A stretch of 64,000 nucleotides of DNA from Octopus sinensis. Taxonomy: Eukaryota. The stretch lies in contig NC_043013.1 of the NCBI RefSeq assembly GCF_006345805.1, positions 28,706,001-28,770,000 on the forward strand. Direction: 5' to 3'. The position numbers and the translations under genes were made by a program. Each line of letters begins with the position of its first letter. Position 1 is the stretch's first letter. This document shows positions 36,648 to 50,475 of this stretch, piece by piece. The notes beneath the pieces were generated by a model, which was given only the letters and a program-made list of their open reading frames with translations, did no database searches and was not told the origin of the DNA.

Positions 36648-37821
36648 ACAGTAGTAGTAGGAGTAGTAACAGTAGTAGGAGTAGTAGCAGCAGCATTCTT
36701 TTTACATGTTTTTCTATACTTGCTTGCATGGGATAGAGGAGTCCTCTTCAGCATAATATCCTACCTTTTATGTTCCTTTATCATCTGTTAAGGTTCAGCT
36801 TCCTCAGGTCAGCCTTCACCACCTTTGCCCATCTCTTTGTTGGTCCTCCTCTTCCATGACTCACAATTAGTATGCATTACATGTCCATTCAAGCATAGCT
36901 GTCACACTAGCATACTACAATTGATTCTTCTTAGGCCTGGGTTTGCTCTCACCTCCTCTGTGTTTCATTATTTATACTCTTTACTCTTTTACTTGTTTCA
37001 ATCATTTGACTGCGGCCATGCTGGAGCACCACTTTTAGTCAAGCAAATCGACCCCAGGACTTATTTTTTGTTAGCCTATCGGTCACTTTTGCTAAGTTAT
37101 GGGGATGTAAACACACCAGCATTGGTTGTCAAGCGATGTTGGGGGGACAAACACAGACACACATATACACATATACGACGGGCTTCTTTCAGTTTCCGTC
37201 TACTAAATCCACTCACAAGGCTTTGGTTGGTCCTAGGCTATAGTAGAAGACACTTTCCCAAGGTGTCACACAGTGGGACTGAACCCAGAACCATGTGGTT
37301 GGTAAGCAAGCTACTTACCACACAGCCACTCCTGTGTGTCATGGTTAAGATTTTTATAATACAATATAAAGTTGAATTACACCTTTAGAATTACATCATC
37401 AGACAGAAAAAATAATGACAAGAACAACCTATGGAAGTTGACCCACGTCTTTGTCATGTAGCAGATGACATTATTATTAACACCAAGGAAGGTGGCTAGC
37501 TGGAAGAGTTTTTAAGCATGCAGGGCAAAATACTTAGCGGAATTTCTCCTGTCTTTATGGTCTGAGTTCAAATTCTGCTGAGGTTGACTTTGCCTGTCAT
37601 CCATTTGGGGGTCAATGAAATAAGTACCAGTGAAAAACTGGGGCTGGTGTAATTAACTAGTTCCCTTCACCAAAATTCCAGACCTTATGCTTATAATAGA
37701 AAGGATTATTAACACCAAGGGGTCTCTGAACAACTTGAACTCTCAAATTGGCATTTATCTGTGTTTTATGAAACTAACCGTATTTCACTTCTCTTCTGTA
37801 TTGTGTGTGTGAGAGAGAGAC

Positions 37822-37858
<37 letters not shown>

Positions 37859-38680
37859 GACAGAGAGAAACAGAGAGAAAGACACACACACACTCACACA
37901 CAAAAACATAGTTAAAAAATGTGTGCTACTAGATGAAACTATTTGTATGCTCTGAGGAGTGTAGAGTTGATTAGCATGGACTATTTTACATGATTGAGTG
38001 TCTTCAAAAGATGCTACCACTAAAGGAGCCTTTCTATGGCCTATTTGACCTGCTAGAACTCTCAGCCGAATCTCCCTCAAATCACAACCCTGCTGTCTTT
38101 TTAAAAAGGTAGGACAGATTAGATAACTTCATCTTAGATACACCATCTAAATAAAGACAGGATGGCCATGGCGAAATCCATTTGATCATAGATCTGCTGG
38201 GTCATTGCTGACCAGGTGCTAATCAACACATCAATGCCTAATCTTAAAAATAGCAGCCAAATTTCCTCCCAAGTCTTGGAAAAAAGAATTAAAGGATACA
38301 TTAGATAATGTTGAGCTTGATAACTAAAAACAACAAAACAAAAAAAATATTAATAATAATAATAATAATAATAAACAGGATGATCAAAGCTGGAATGCCT
38401 TTCATCATGAGTTTGCTTGATTAAGACTGACTTGGGGCTAAACAGCAACAACAGCAACAACAACAACAAACAATCATGTATTAGCATCACTGACTTTGGC
38501 ACCACCACCACCACCACCACCACCACCATCACCACAATTATCACTACCGCTGCCACCACCACCACCGTTGCTACTAACACTGTTACCAAGAGCTATGATC
38601 AGTAGCAGAAAGGTCACCTCTGGAATCACTGCTGCTGTTGTCACCATTACCATCCCTGCTGTTGCAGCATCACTATATCT

Positions 38681-38711
<31 letters not shown>

Positions 38712-38867
38712 CTATGGTGTTAGTGGTGGTGGTGGTGATGGGGTACACCTACTGCCACCACCACTACAATCCATGTCAACATCACCATCACCACCATCAT
38801 CATATATGCATCAACCTTTTAAGGCAATTAATGTTAATTGAATTGACAACAATAAGTGCAACAGTAG

Positions 38868-38902
<35 letters not shown>

Positions 38903-39499
38903 ACAACAACAACAACAACAACAACATTGCCAACACCACCATTACCACCATCACCAAACCAACTAACCAACCAAATAACTGTCATTGATTTACCCAATAG
39001 GATCTCTTTTACCATAAAAGTAATCTGTGGAAAGGTGGTGGAGCAACATGGTCAAGAATAATGGTCAGTAATCAGTTTTGGTGGTGGTGGTGGTGGTGGT
39101 AATGATAGCCATCCAATTAAGGATATATATAAAAAAAAAATAGACAAAAATAAAAATAAAGCAAAGCAAACAAAAAAAACGACCCCCTCCCCTGGCTCCA
39201 ACTACTATGGTCAAGCATATTGTCAAATTAATGATTTGCTAGCTTGCAGTCATAGGTTCAATTCTCCCCCTGCTACCCCTACTGAAAGCACCCCCCCCCA
39301 TTGATTTACTGATGCTCTGTTTCTCTATGTTTTTTTTTCTTTTTTTTTGTCTTCTACTACACTTTCCTCTATTAGACTGACCTCTACTCCAACGACCTTT
39401 CCCACAACATCTACGGAAGTAGAAAGGTTTAGGTCTTGTCCCTATAGCAGAAAGGATCCTCCTCCTCCTCCCCCTCCTCATCCTCATCCTCATCATCAT

Positions 39500-39859
39500 T
39501 ATTATTATTATTCATGGTTTCCTTTCATGATAACTGCTGCCTTAGTACTGGGCATCCTCCAGAGGCCAAGAGTAGCAAGGGAACTTTTGTTTTGCTATGC
39601 AGGCTAAAACTATCACCACATTTATTCCATTTTAGATAGCGAGTGCTTTCCGTAGTATATGGGCTGTATCCATCAAGGTTATCTTTTGTAGTTCATGGAA
39701 ATTGGAGTTACCAGGGAGTTGCTTAATATACTTCTCAGCTCCCTTCTTTATCATTCCCAACACACCAATTACTACTGGTATTATTGTAGTACTAAGGTTC
39801 CATATTTTTGTGATTTCAATTTGCGGATCTTTACAGTGGGAAAGCTTTTTGTATTCCTT
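39500..39859 (-). pseudogene. R4/Dong-like (restriction-like endonuclease) LINE 3' fragment
   Basis: 39859-39632 reads KEYKKLSHCKDPQIEITKIWNLSTTIIPVVIGVLGMIKKG...LQKITLMDTAHILRKALAI*; (TTA)n on both sides. Confidence 0.8.
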
Positions 39860-40260
39860 TCTTCTTATTATTATTGTTATTAATGAGTGAGAGGGCAGCT
39901 CATGCCATCAAAGTGACACTGGGGTAAAATATATGAAGCCCAGTATACCCATCATGACTGCCCATTTGATAAGGGTACACCAGCCACATGCATCACAACC
40001 ATATGTGCATGACATGGTGATCTCATATCAAAATAAACAGTGCATGACCTTACAGGTGGGGCCCAGTTGGAGTTTTTTTCAGGTTCAGTCGCCGTCCTGC
40101 TCAAAAGGTCCCTGAATAAGGGTTGTTTAAGAATGATGAACAAAACACCCGTGGTTCCAGAGGTGAATTATTCAAACCCCACAGAATTCCTCTCAACGCA
40201 TGGCCATGATACTCCCCCACTATTTCTGCTCGTGATCAGAGATGCACATATCATCAGCCA

Positions 40261-42270
40261 CTAAAGGACAAATTGTGATGGCTGGATGAGGCTGTGAGAC
40301 TTCCAGAAGTTCCAGAGGGTTTCTTTGACACAAGATTCCATCAGATTGGCAATGCAGCTAGTAAGACTGATGGGGCAATAGTTGACAGGCAATGTGCGGT
40401 CACTTTTTTTGAACAGAGGGATAACACTGGCAGTTTTCCACTGCTCTGGAGTAACACTATTGTCAAGACAGAATTGAATGAATAGTGAGAGTTGGTTTAG
40501 AAGAAAGCACCCACCGTGTTTGAGAAGTAGGTATGTAACACCATTGAGACCAGGAGAAGCATAGTTACATTTATTTTTAAGGTGGCATTGTAGCATTACT
40601 GATGTAAATTTCATAGTAGTTATAGCATCCAGTGTCAGAGGTGATGGAGATGGAACATTTTGATCTTTGACAGTAAAGATGCCTGCATAACATCCAGCAA
40701 TGATTTCTGCACATTCTTTGGGATTGTCAGTAATCTGGCCTGTGTGGGTATTGCAAAGGGGGCCAACTGGAGAGTGAGGTCTCTGCTTTGAATGTACATA
40801 CTTCCAAAACACTTTGCTGTCAGGGTTGGTTGCTATGCACTGTTTGGATTCAAGCACTGCCTTTTTGGTCACCTGCTTGAGATGGTTGGATGATCTATTG
40901 CGCTTTTTCCTGTTGATCTCTGATTTGTGCATTTTGCATTCCTGTTCAGCATTACAGCATTCTTTCCTGGCAAGTCGGACTGCTGCAGTCTCCCAAATTG
41001 CATTATTGGGTGTTTTTTTGTGCTTGCGTGGTACTGATGCTGCACATGCCATCCATATTGAATTCAGAATGTCTTGAAGTATTGTGTTCACATCTCCAGA
41101 GGCATAAAATTAGAGCCAGTTTGGGTGTCGCAGCTTGGTACAATAAGAGTTCCAGTCTGCTTTATTCCAGTTGAAGTGGGCAGTTTGAAGATGGTTGTGG
41201 TTTTTGTTACAACCAATCATCGGCAAGTCGGCCATAATCATGGAATGATCAGAGTCACCTAAAGGTTCTTCGGTAGTGACACTAATGATTGCTTCAGGAG
41301 AAGCAGTAAATAGCAGATCCAAAGTGTTGTTACCCCTTGTGGGGAAGGTAACAACTTGGGACCAATTTGAATTCAGCACCAGTTCAAGGAAATCGTCTGC
41401 ACTTTGCAGCCAATGGAAGGCCTCCCAGTCAATCTCAGGGAAATTGAAGTTCCTTGTAATATAAACATAAGTGGCTGTTTTCATGGCAGCAACTCTGAGG
41501 ATATCAAAAAGTTGTGTGTCTTGATGATAATTTGGGGGGCAGTAAACAACTCCAAGTAGAAGTGTTGACATGGTCATGTGTATATTGCAGAAAAATACTT
41601 CCTGTTGAGATTGGTTCAAATCATTACAAGGAATTGCCGATAGATTTGAATGAACATAGACCATCACACCCCCACCATGGCGATTAATGCAGTCTTTGTG
41701 GAACAGGTTGTAGCCGGCTATGCTGAAAACTCCATCACAGAGTGCAGAATGTGCCCATGTTTCCATGACTGTAATGAAATCTGGGTTGATACTTTTGACA
41801 TAAGAGTAAAAAAGATGTACCTTATTGCATAAACTACGAGCATTTAAGGACAACAGTTTATCTGGATTTCAGATGATGATATACAGGGGATGACTGATTG
41901 TTCTTGTTTAGTTTCCCATGATTTTCATATTGCCAGTTATTGTGGGTGCAGTATGCTCAGACCAACTGATATCCCTCGTCCACGACTCACCAGACTTGAA
42001 AAATTTCCATATTTGCCCATCATCAAGTAGGCTAAAGCTTTCCTGTAGCACAGCGTTGTGATTTAGGGAGGCTACAGATCTTAGCTTTTGGCATACATCA
42101 GGTGGTAGGCCAGGACATGTCCGAAAGGTAATTCTGTTTTCGCGCCGAGCCCTATCAGCGGCTAGATGGTATGACCACACCTCAGTAGAGTTCGAAAACA
42201 ATAGCCTAATCAATCAGGGTTTAGATCTTGGTCGGCCAAGGCGGAAAGCACTTTTTGGAGGAACACAGCT
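40261..42270 (-). pseudogene. CR1-like LINE: ORF1 C-terminal remnant, APE endonuclease and RT N-terminus
   Basis: LNARSL.NK, ETW, GGGV, VYCPP, PTRGNNTLDL, LGDSDH; then FWKYV, SPGLNGV, WKTASVIPLFKK.DR..PVNYCPISLTS; both ORFs share one frame with a single stop. Confidence 0.9.
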
Positions 42271-42498
42271 TAGATCCTTAGATGTGTTGCCAGTAAATGC
42301 CTGTAGATCTACCATGTCTTCCGATACTCTGATGCCAATTACCTCATGGGTGGTTGATTCAGTGGCATCCAGCTGTAGTAACACTGCCAGATCAGACTGG
42401 AGCCTGATGCAGCCTCCTGGCTTCCCAGACCCTGGTCAAACCGTCCAACCCATGCTAGCATGGAAAATGGACATTAAGTAATGATGATGATGATGATG

Positions 42499-42531
<33 letters not shown>

Positions 42532-44221
42532 CGACAGGCTTTTTTTCAGTTTCTATCTACCAAATCCACTCACAAGGCTTTGGCTGGTCCAAGGCTATAG
42601 TGGAAGACACTTGCTCAAGGTGACATGCAGTGGGACTGAACCCAGAATCATGTGGTTGGGAAGCAAGCTTCTTACCACAAAGCACTCTGCACTTGAGTCA
42701 CTTTGTAACCTCTGCTGATTAAAATAAGAATATCACAAAAATATAAATTTAAAAAAAAATAAAAGAAACAGACATTCATGTTTTTTCAAGTCTATTTATC
42801 CTGTTTGTACTACCAAACTTCTATGTGTATCTATGCATATATACATATATACATACATATATACATACACACACACACACATATATGTATATATATGTAT
42901 ATATGTGTGTATGTATGTATATACATACATGTATGTGTGCATAGATATATGTATGTATGTATATAAAATTATATAACCTTGTGTATATTAATTAAATGAA
43001 TAAACCTTTAGATTTAAAAAATATATACCCCTTGTTGTGTGGATTACAGTAAAAGTTTTACATTGTTGAAATTCAGAAGTTATCACAACATAGGGAAACA
43101 AAAACAAAAAAAGAAAGAAAATTGTTTGGTCTTTTATTTAACTTTGTTTATTTTTTTCCGTTGCCATTCTTTCTTTTATTCTTCCCTATTTTACCAAAAA
43201 ATTCTACTTTCAAAGAATTTGTTTCAACTCTGCTGTGATTATTTTGTTTGTAATTTTCCTCTTTAAATCTCTCTCTTTTTTTAAATAAAAATAAAAATAT
43301 AAATACTTTTTCTCTTTTCAATTATTAGTTTTTTTACTTTAATCATACTTTTTTTTTGTTCATTTGTGTTATTATTTTTATTTTTATTCTTAGTACCATT
43401 GAATATAAACAAATGATTTGTTTGAAAATAAATGGGCTTGTTTTCATTTTGTTTCCTCCTTTGTCTCACCTCTTTGGTGAAATTCTGGACTTAAATTACC
43501 TTTTGATTATTAGGTACGATCAGTTATGATCCATTACATTTCGAGTTCAAATATTACCAGGGTGAGGTTTATCTTTCATTCATTTTTGCATCTTTTATCT
43601 TTCACTTTTTATCTTTCTTACACTCATTTCAGTCATTGGACTGTGGCCATACTGGGGCATTATTTTGAAAAATATTTAGTTGAACAAGTCAAATTCAATA
43701 CTTTTTTTCTTAAGTTAGATACTTATTCTATTGGTCTCTTCTGCCAAGCTGCTAAGTCCCAGGATGTAAACAAACCAACACCAGTTGTCAAGCAGTGGTG
43801 CAGGACAAATACAAACACAACGACACTTAAGCACTCACGTACACGCACACACATTCACACTCATACAGGCTTCCATGCAGTTTTCATCTACCAAATTCAC
43901 TCTCAAAGCAATGTGACCCCAAGACAATTGCCCAAGGTACTGCTTAGTGGGACTGAATCCAAAACCACATGGTTTGCAAAGCAAGCTTCTTAATCACACA
44001 ACCAATAAAATATCAATCAGACAGGGTACTTTTTTAAATCGACTATTCTTTACTCCAAATGGTGTGGTCTTGTTCCGGGGCCACTTGCTCAAAGTTTCAT
44101 GAGGTGTATAGACTACTAAAAGGTGGTTCTTCAGTTCATCTTTGTATTTGAGTCTTGGCCATTCAACATTTCTGCGACCACTATCAAGCTAGCTATAACT
44201 GTATTATATATATAATGAACA

Positions 44222-44548
44222 AAAGGGTAAAGACCCCCTTCAGTCATGATTGACCATGAGATTGCACCTAGAAAGTTCCCCTCTGAGGCACAAGTCCGAG
44301 CAAGGATGTTTATGGAAGACCAGCAGTTGCCTGTGCATATCAGCCTACCCCTCTCCATACCACTGATGTTGTCCGTGGGAAAGGCAAAGGCTGATACATG
44401 TTAGCACCATTGATGTCACCTCTCATTTCTACAGCTGAGAGAACTGGAGCAACGTGAAATAAAGTGTCTTGCTCAAGGACACAACACAGAGCCTGGTTGG
44501 GGAATCAAACTCACTACCTCACAATTGTAAGCCCAATGCTCTAACCAC
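44222..44548 (-). mobile_element. tRNA-headed SINE (family 6)
   Basis: Head GTGGCTCAGTGGTTAGAGCATTGG...GTTTGATTCCC; 3' part homologous to 8855-9020. Confidence 0.7.
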
Positions 44549-45344
44549 TGAGCCACACACACACACACGCACACACGCACACACAACACACACACACACA
44601 CACACACACACTAACATACATGCTGTTGTTGTCATTTTGTCACAGGTAAGCCTTCATTGAGCAGACCTGATCTAAGGTATCAGTCAACAAATTCATTCAT
44701 GAAATAACAAATGAATCTCTCTGTACTAGCTTTGCCAGAAAGAAATAGCAGCCACATCTCCTTCAAATCGCACAGTGCTATTTTGCAAATTGAAGGACAC
44801 AGCAGATAATGTGGTCCTAAATACACACTGACTACTAAAAGGATGAGAAGGTGTATGTTTGGAATACTTTTGATAATAGGTATGGTCAGGTGTTAATAAA
44901 GACCAACAAGGTGTTAGCTATAATAAAATAAATTATCTTATTGTATATAGTGCTCAGGTGCACTACACCTCATCAGAAAAAGTAACCAAAATGGCATAAA
45001 CGGTACCATGATCTTCCCACCTACCCCTCTTAAAATTCTTGTCTTGCAAGTTACCTGGTGACCCTGCCAGTGCTGGTGCCACATGAAAAGCATCCAGTCC
45101 ACACTGTAAAGTTGTTGGCATTTGGAAGGGTATCCAGCTGTAAAAACCATGCCAATGCTAACCTCACCTGTGCTAGTGCCACATAAAAAGCACTGAATCC
45201 ACTCTGCAGAGTGGTTGGTGTTAGGAAGGGCATCCAACTGTAAAAACCCTGCCAAAATTGACACAGTAGCCATGGGTAGTTTTTCTACCTGGCCAGCTCC
45301 TGTCAACTATCCTACCCATGCATGCATGGAAGACTGGACATTAA

Positions 45345-45383
<39 letters not shown>

Positions 45384-45840
45384 TATAGCTGAGGCTACAT
45401 TATCCAAATCATACCCTACCATGATGTGATTTGAGGAAAATTTGGCTACTATTTCTGCATGGTCTAGTTACTACATAGAAGCACCGTCTATGTGTATGTT
45501 GACTGTTTTTGTAAAATGTATTTCCTGCAAGGATATGAAATACCCAATTTACTTCAGTTAAAGCACTTTCGATTCTTTGATTTTCCGCTTTTTTTTTTTT
45601 TTTTACGATTATTTCATGTTTTTGGTCAATGTGGCTATCAGTCTTTCCTGCTAAATATTAAAAAAAATGTGTAATAATAAAAATAATATATATTTTTTTT
45701 TTAAATTGGTAAAGAAAAAGACAGAAAAGAAAGATTCTCTTCCTCGCTGCAAACATCTAAGTGGATCGTTTGTTTATCTTGTTAACTCTATTATCAATTT
45801 GAAACTTGTTCTTACCCTGAATTCCATTTACACACACACA

Positions 45841-45882
<42 letters not shown>

Positions 45883-48800
45883 TCTACACATATGCACGTA
45901 CAACCATAAATGCAAAACACACACAGACGAACACATGGAACTACACATACACACTTATAAAACACATATTTTCCCATTATTTTTCATCTACCTTTGATGT
46001 GAGACACATGTACAAGCATTGAATTATAAAAATAAAATATAAAATTAAGAAAGAAAGAAAGAAAGAAATATTGCAAGTGTTGATTGTAAGCAGAGATTTA
46101 TCTAATATTTCTTCTCCCTCCCTCCCTCCTTTCTTTCTTTCTTTCTCCACATACACATAAACACATTCTCATATGTGCCCCTTAAGTCATCAATCAATGT
46201 TATAGTAGAGATGGAGCCACATATTTTCGACTTCATTGCTGTATATATATCATATATCTCTTTTAATATATTCCAATGAAGTTTTGCTTTCTTCCCTCGT
46301 CTCATAATTTACCTGCTGTACTTTCACTTTCTACATGAGAAAGTTTTTCGTTTTGCCATCTATAAAGATCAGGTGCGATGTTTTAATGGCTAAGTGGATG
46401 AGTGAAAGTGTTTATCGCTTGGCTCAGGATCCACATGTTTTTGCCTTGCCATTTGCATGGCCATACTGTGTCCACTGTAAGGTTTTTCTAGGGCTTGGAA
46501 GATAGATATTGTTTTTACAGCTGGTTGCTCTTCCTAACACCAAAATCTGAACAACAGGAGAGGGTTGTATGAATGTATGTGCCATATGGACAAAAAATAC
46601 CTCTTTTTCTTGAGGGTAATTTTTATGCTTATTTTCACTGTAAATAGGCCCAAAATTATAATAATTCTTGATCACTTGCACAATAAAATTTTCAAACATT
46701 ATCTAAAAGTGCTGTAAAATATTCCATTTACTTTAATTACAACCATATCCATGTAAAACTTTTGAAACCTTAATTGATGAAGTCCAGTATTCTCTAATGG
46801 AACATCAATTGATGATGTCTGCTGTTTAAGGGTCAACAAAGGTAGTGGAAGCTCTGAATAAAATCTGATTTGGGTTAGTTTGTTGTTGCCAAGACCTAAA
46901 CTAGCTCTGATTAAGTAGAGCTATGATCAGAGGCCCTCCAGTTATATTCCTTACCCCTACGCATCTTTTGTTCAATTCATACTCTTGCAAACTTACCTGA
47001 TTCTCTACACCTATCCATCTCACCTGTTCCCCTGTATGCATCCCTCTCACATTCACCTCCTTGTACCTAGAGGGTCTGTCCTGAAACTTCAATACCACCA
47101 TCTTCTCCCATTTTCCAGCTGGGGTAGCCATGTATCTCCTCTCTTGCCTCTTTCTTGCCTCTCAACACCTGACACAAAGCCACTTCCCTCAATATTGCAC
47201 CCTTCATCAATCAAGCTACTTGATGATCTCATTTGGGTTGGTACCATATAAAAAGCACCCTGTACACTCTGTAAAGTGGTCGGCATTATGAAGGACATCC
47301 AGCTGCAGAAACCATACCAAAGCAAACACAGGAGCTCACTGCAGTCCCCAGATCCATTGAATCCTGTCAAACCATCCAACCATCCAACCCATGCCAGCAT
47401 GGAAGATGGACACTAAATGATGACGATGATGATGATTTAGAGATACCTCAAAGAATATGTGTCTAATCTGTCCTTCCTTGAGATGATGAGTGGGTGTGAT
47501 TTGAATGAGATTTGGCTGCTATTTCTTACAGGTTGAAGGAACATATAGAAACTCTTTCAGTGGTTTTTCTGGCTGTAGTAGATTATTACAGGCATGGAGA
47601 AAAATTTAAGTGAAATGGTTCAACTGGTCATTGAATCCTTACTACTTATATTGATGTCACCGCACATTTACCATTATGCTATAAATGCCTGAGAAAATTC
47701 CATTCCCATTATAATTACTATTTTCAGCAAGTTCAGATGGTTCATGTTTTTATTTGTTTTCTTTTTGAATAATTCACATGTAGAATTGCATCTTTCTGGG
47801 TCACCAGTTGATTATAATGATGATGGTCAGTGTAGCAAAACTGCAGTCTGTAAACATTTCGAAAATAAACAAGACATTTTCAATAATATTATTGTTTAAA
47901 GCTAAATTTTAACATATATTTATTTGTATATTGATTTATTTATTTGTTTAATTTTGTGTTTGTGGGTGTGAGTTGGGTGGCTGGAGATAGCAATAGAATG
48001 TGATCAAGAAAAGAAAATCATATTTAAAAATATAATATGGAAACACACACACACAAAAAAAGAAAAATCCTCAAATGCCAGCATGGCTGTGGGGTTAAGG
48101 AGCTTGTTTTACAACCACATAGTTTTGGGTTCAATCTCACTGTGTGTCACTGTGGGCAAATTTCTTTTACTTCAGCCCCAGTCTCACCAATGCGTTGTGT
48201 GTGAATTTCATGGAAACTGTGAGGAATCCCATCATCTTTTATTTTTTAATGCATTTCTGTCCCAAAACTGTGACCATTGTAAGGCACTGTCAGTGTTATC
48301 CACTTTCCCATGGCCTTTCTTATGTGATTAGCATTCGATATTGCTGCCCTCTTTTGGATTTTTTACTGTGATGTAGGTTTATCTGGGACCTTGGAAAGCA
48401 GGAGGTCAAATTGATTCTTGGAAACATCTACCTCTACTCCATGTAGATCTCTCAGATGTTTTGGCATTGTATTAAATAGCTGTGACCCCTTGAATCCCAA
48501 GCTATTGGGAATATATATAAATTATATATATTGTATGTCTTTGTGTTTGCTCCCTCTGCTGCCTGACAGCAGGTGTTGGTTTGTTTATCGCCCCTAACTT
48601 AGTGGTTGAATGAAAGATATTGACGGAATAAGTAAAAGACTTAAGAAGAAATAAGTACTGGGGTTGATTTGTTTGGACTGAACCCTTCAAGGTGGTGCTC
48701 TAGCATGGTCGTAGTTCAGTGACTGAAACAGAAAGTAAAAGAAATTAACTCCACCAGGCACACACACGCACACACACACACACACAGACACACACACAAA

Positions 48801-48859
<59 letters not shown>

Positions 48860-50125
48860 AAATAAAAGAATAGCTCTGACCTCTAGACTGAATTAAAGGA
48901 TGAGAGATGAAGAAATAACATTGAGAGAGAGAGAGAGAGAGAGAGAAATTGAATAGTGATGAACATAGCAAAAAAAAAAAAGTGGAACAGAGAGAATGAT
49001 CCAGAGAAAGAAAGAATGAGAGGTGGAAAAGCAAATACAGCAGGAATTTTAGAGAAAAAGTTATGAATTGAGTTTTAATTATATTGATTTATCTTTCAAA
49101 GTTTTGAGAGCTTTTTCCACAATAAATGAGATGTATTTTTGAAATAGTGGTCAGCCTAGCGTGTTCCAAATCACTGGAATGACACAGACTAAATCTCACC
49201 ATAAACACAGTTATTTTGTCTTTTGTTGATTCAAGAGTTTTGCAATCAATTAACACTTGAAGAGGAAATTAAATTGATTTCCAGTTTGGTTTTCTTGTTT
49301 TTTTTAGTTTTTTTTTATTGACTTTTGTTTGTTAGTTTCTTTTTTTTACTCCTTTACTGACTTTTATTTATTTATTATTGTCGTTGTTATTGTTATTATT
49401 CTTGTTTCTATATCTTTGGTGTGTCTTTGTATGTCAGATTCTTGTTTTTTTTGGCTTTTTAAAATGTCACTTTATCTTATCCAGAAATGTATTGGCTTTA
49501 GTTTGCTTGTTGGTATATATATATATGTATATATATATATATACATACATACATATGAGAGGGATGACCACTATGGGGACAACCCTTATGCTAGAAGTTG
49601 TCCACATAGTGGTCATCCCTCTCATATGTGTATATACAGTTAGTTTTAATATACTGTTGCCTTCCTCCTCCCTCTTTATCTAATTCCACACATCACCTCT
49701 TCTTCATAAAATTCATTCCTATTTTTCTTTACCTTCCCCACCAAAACTGAAATTCACCATTGACCATGCCACTACTTGTGCTCACCATTCACTGCATTCA
49801 CTTCTGTCATTCCCTTTTCACACCCTTGTGAATCTATCTCTCCACACAGCTTTGATCCTCTGTCCCTACTCTCACTTATATCCACTTTCTTGTACCTTGT
49901 CCTGACTCTTTGCTTCCATCATCCTTCATCCTTTTCCAGCTGGGGTTGTCCTGTATATCCTCTACAGCAAGATACCTATTATTGTCCCTCTGCAATACAT
50001 TAGTCTCACAATATCTGGCTCAAAGCCACTTCCCTCAATACTATACCCCCACTGAGTCAAGGGGTCTTGACTTGCAAGTTATTTGGTGACTTTACAAGTA
50101 CTGGTGCCACAATAAATGCATTCAG

Positions 50126-50475
50126 TTTTTAAGGTTCCATACCATATTAGACAAAGACGTATGTCTTATTCTTATCTCCAAATAAAACTATGTGCTGCAT
50201 TTATCTTTCCTTCAAAGTATTTCCAGTTATTTCAATGTAAATTCTTGTAGTCCCATCTGTATCAGTGATATTAGTCTTGTAAACCAATTCTTTTTCAAGG
50301 CTTATATTGTTCAGAAGACAGTTATTTGGGCATCTACAATTACAAGATCTATGAAAGTGTTTTAATACTAGTATTAATGTTATTATTAATATTGCAAGAT
50401 CTTTAATAGAAACAGTTAGAGTTAGCTATAGTTGCCTCCCTAATATAGGTCAGTGATCTTCAATCACAATAAGAA
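50126..50475 (-). pseudogene. Penelope-like GIY-YIG endonuclease fragment with an inverted linker piece
   Basis: Minus strand 50350-50126: SCNCRCPNNCLL...LVYKTNI...RIYIEITGNTLKER*...SLSNMVWNLK. Plus strand 50396-50475: KIFNRN-VRVSYSCLPNIG. Confidence 0.75.
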
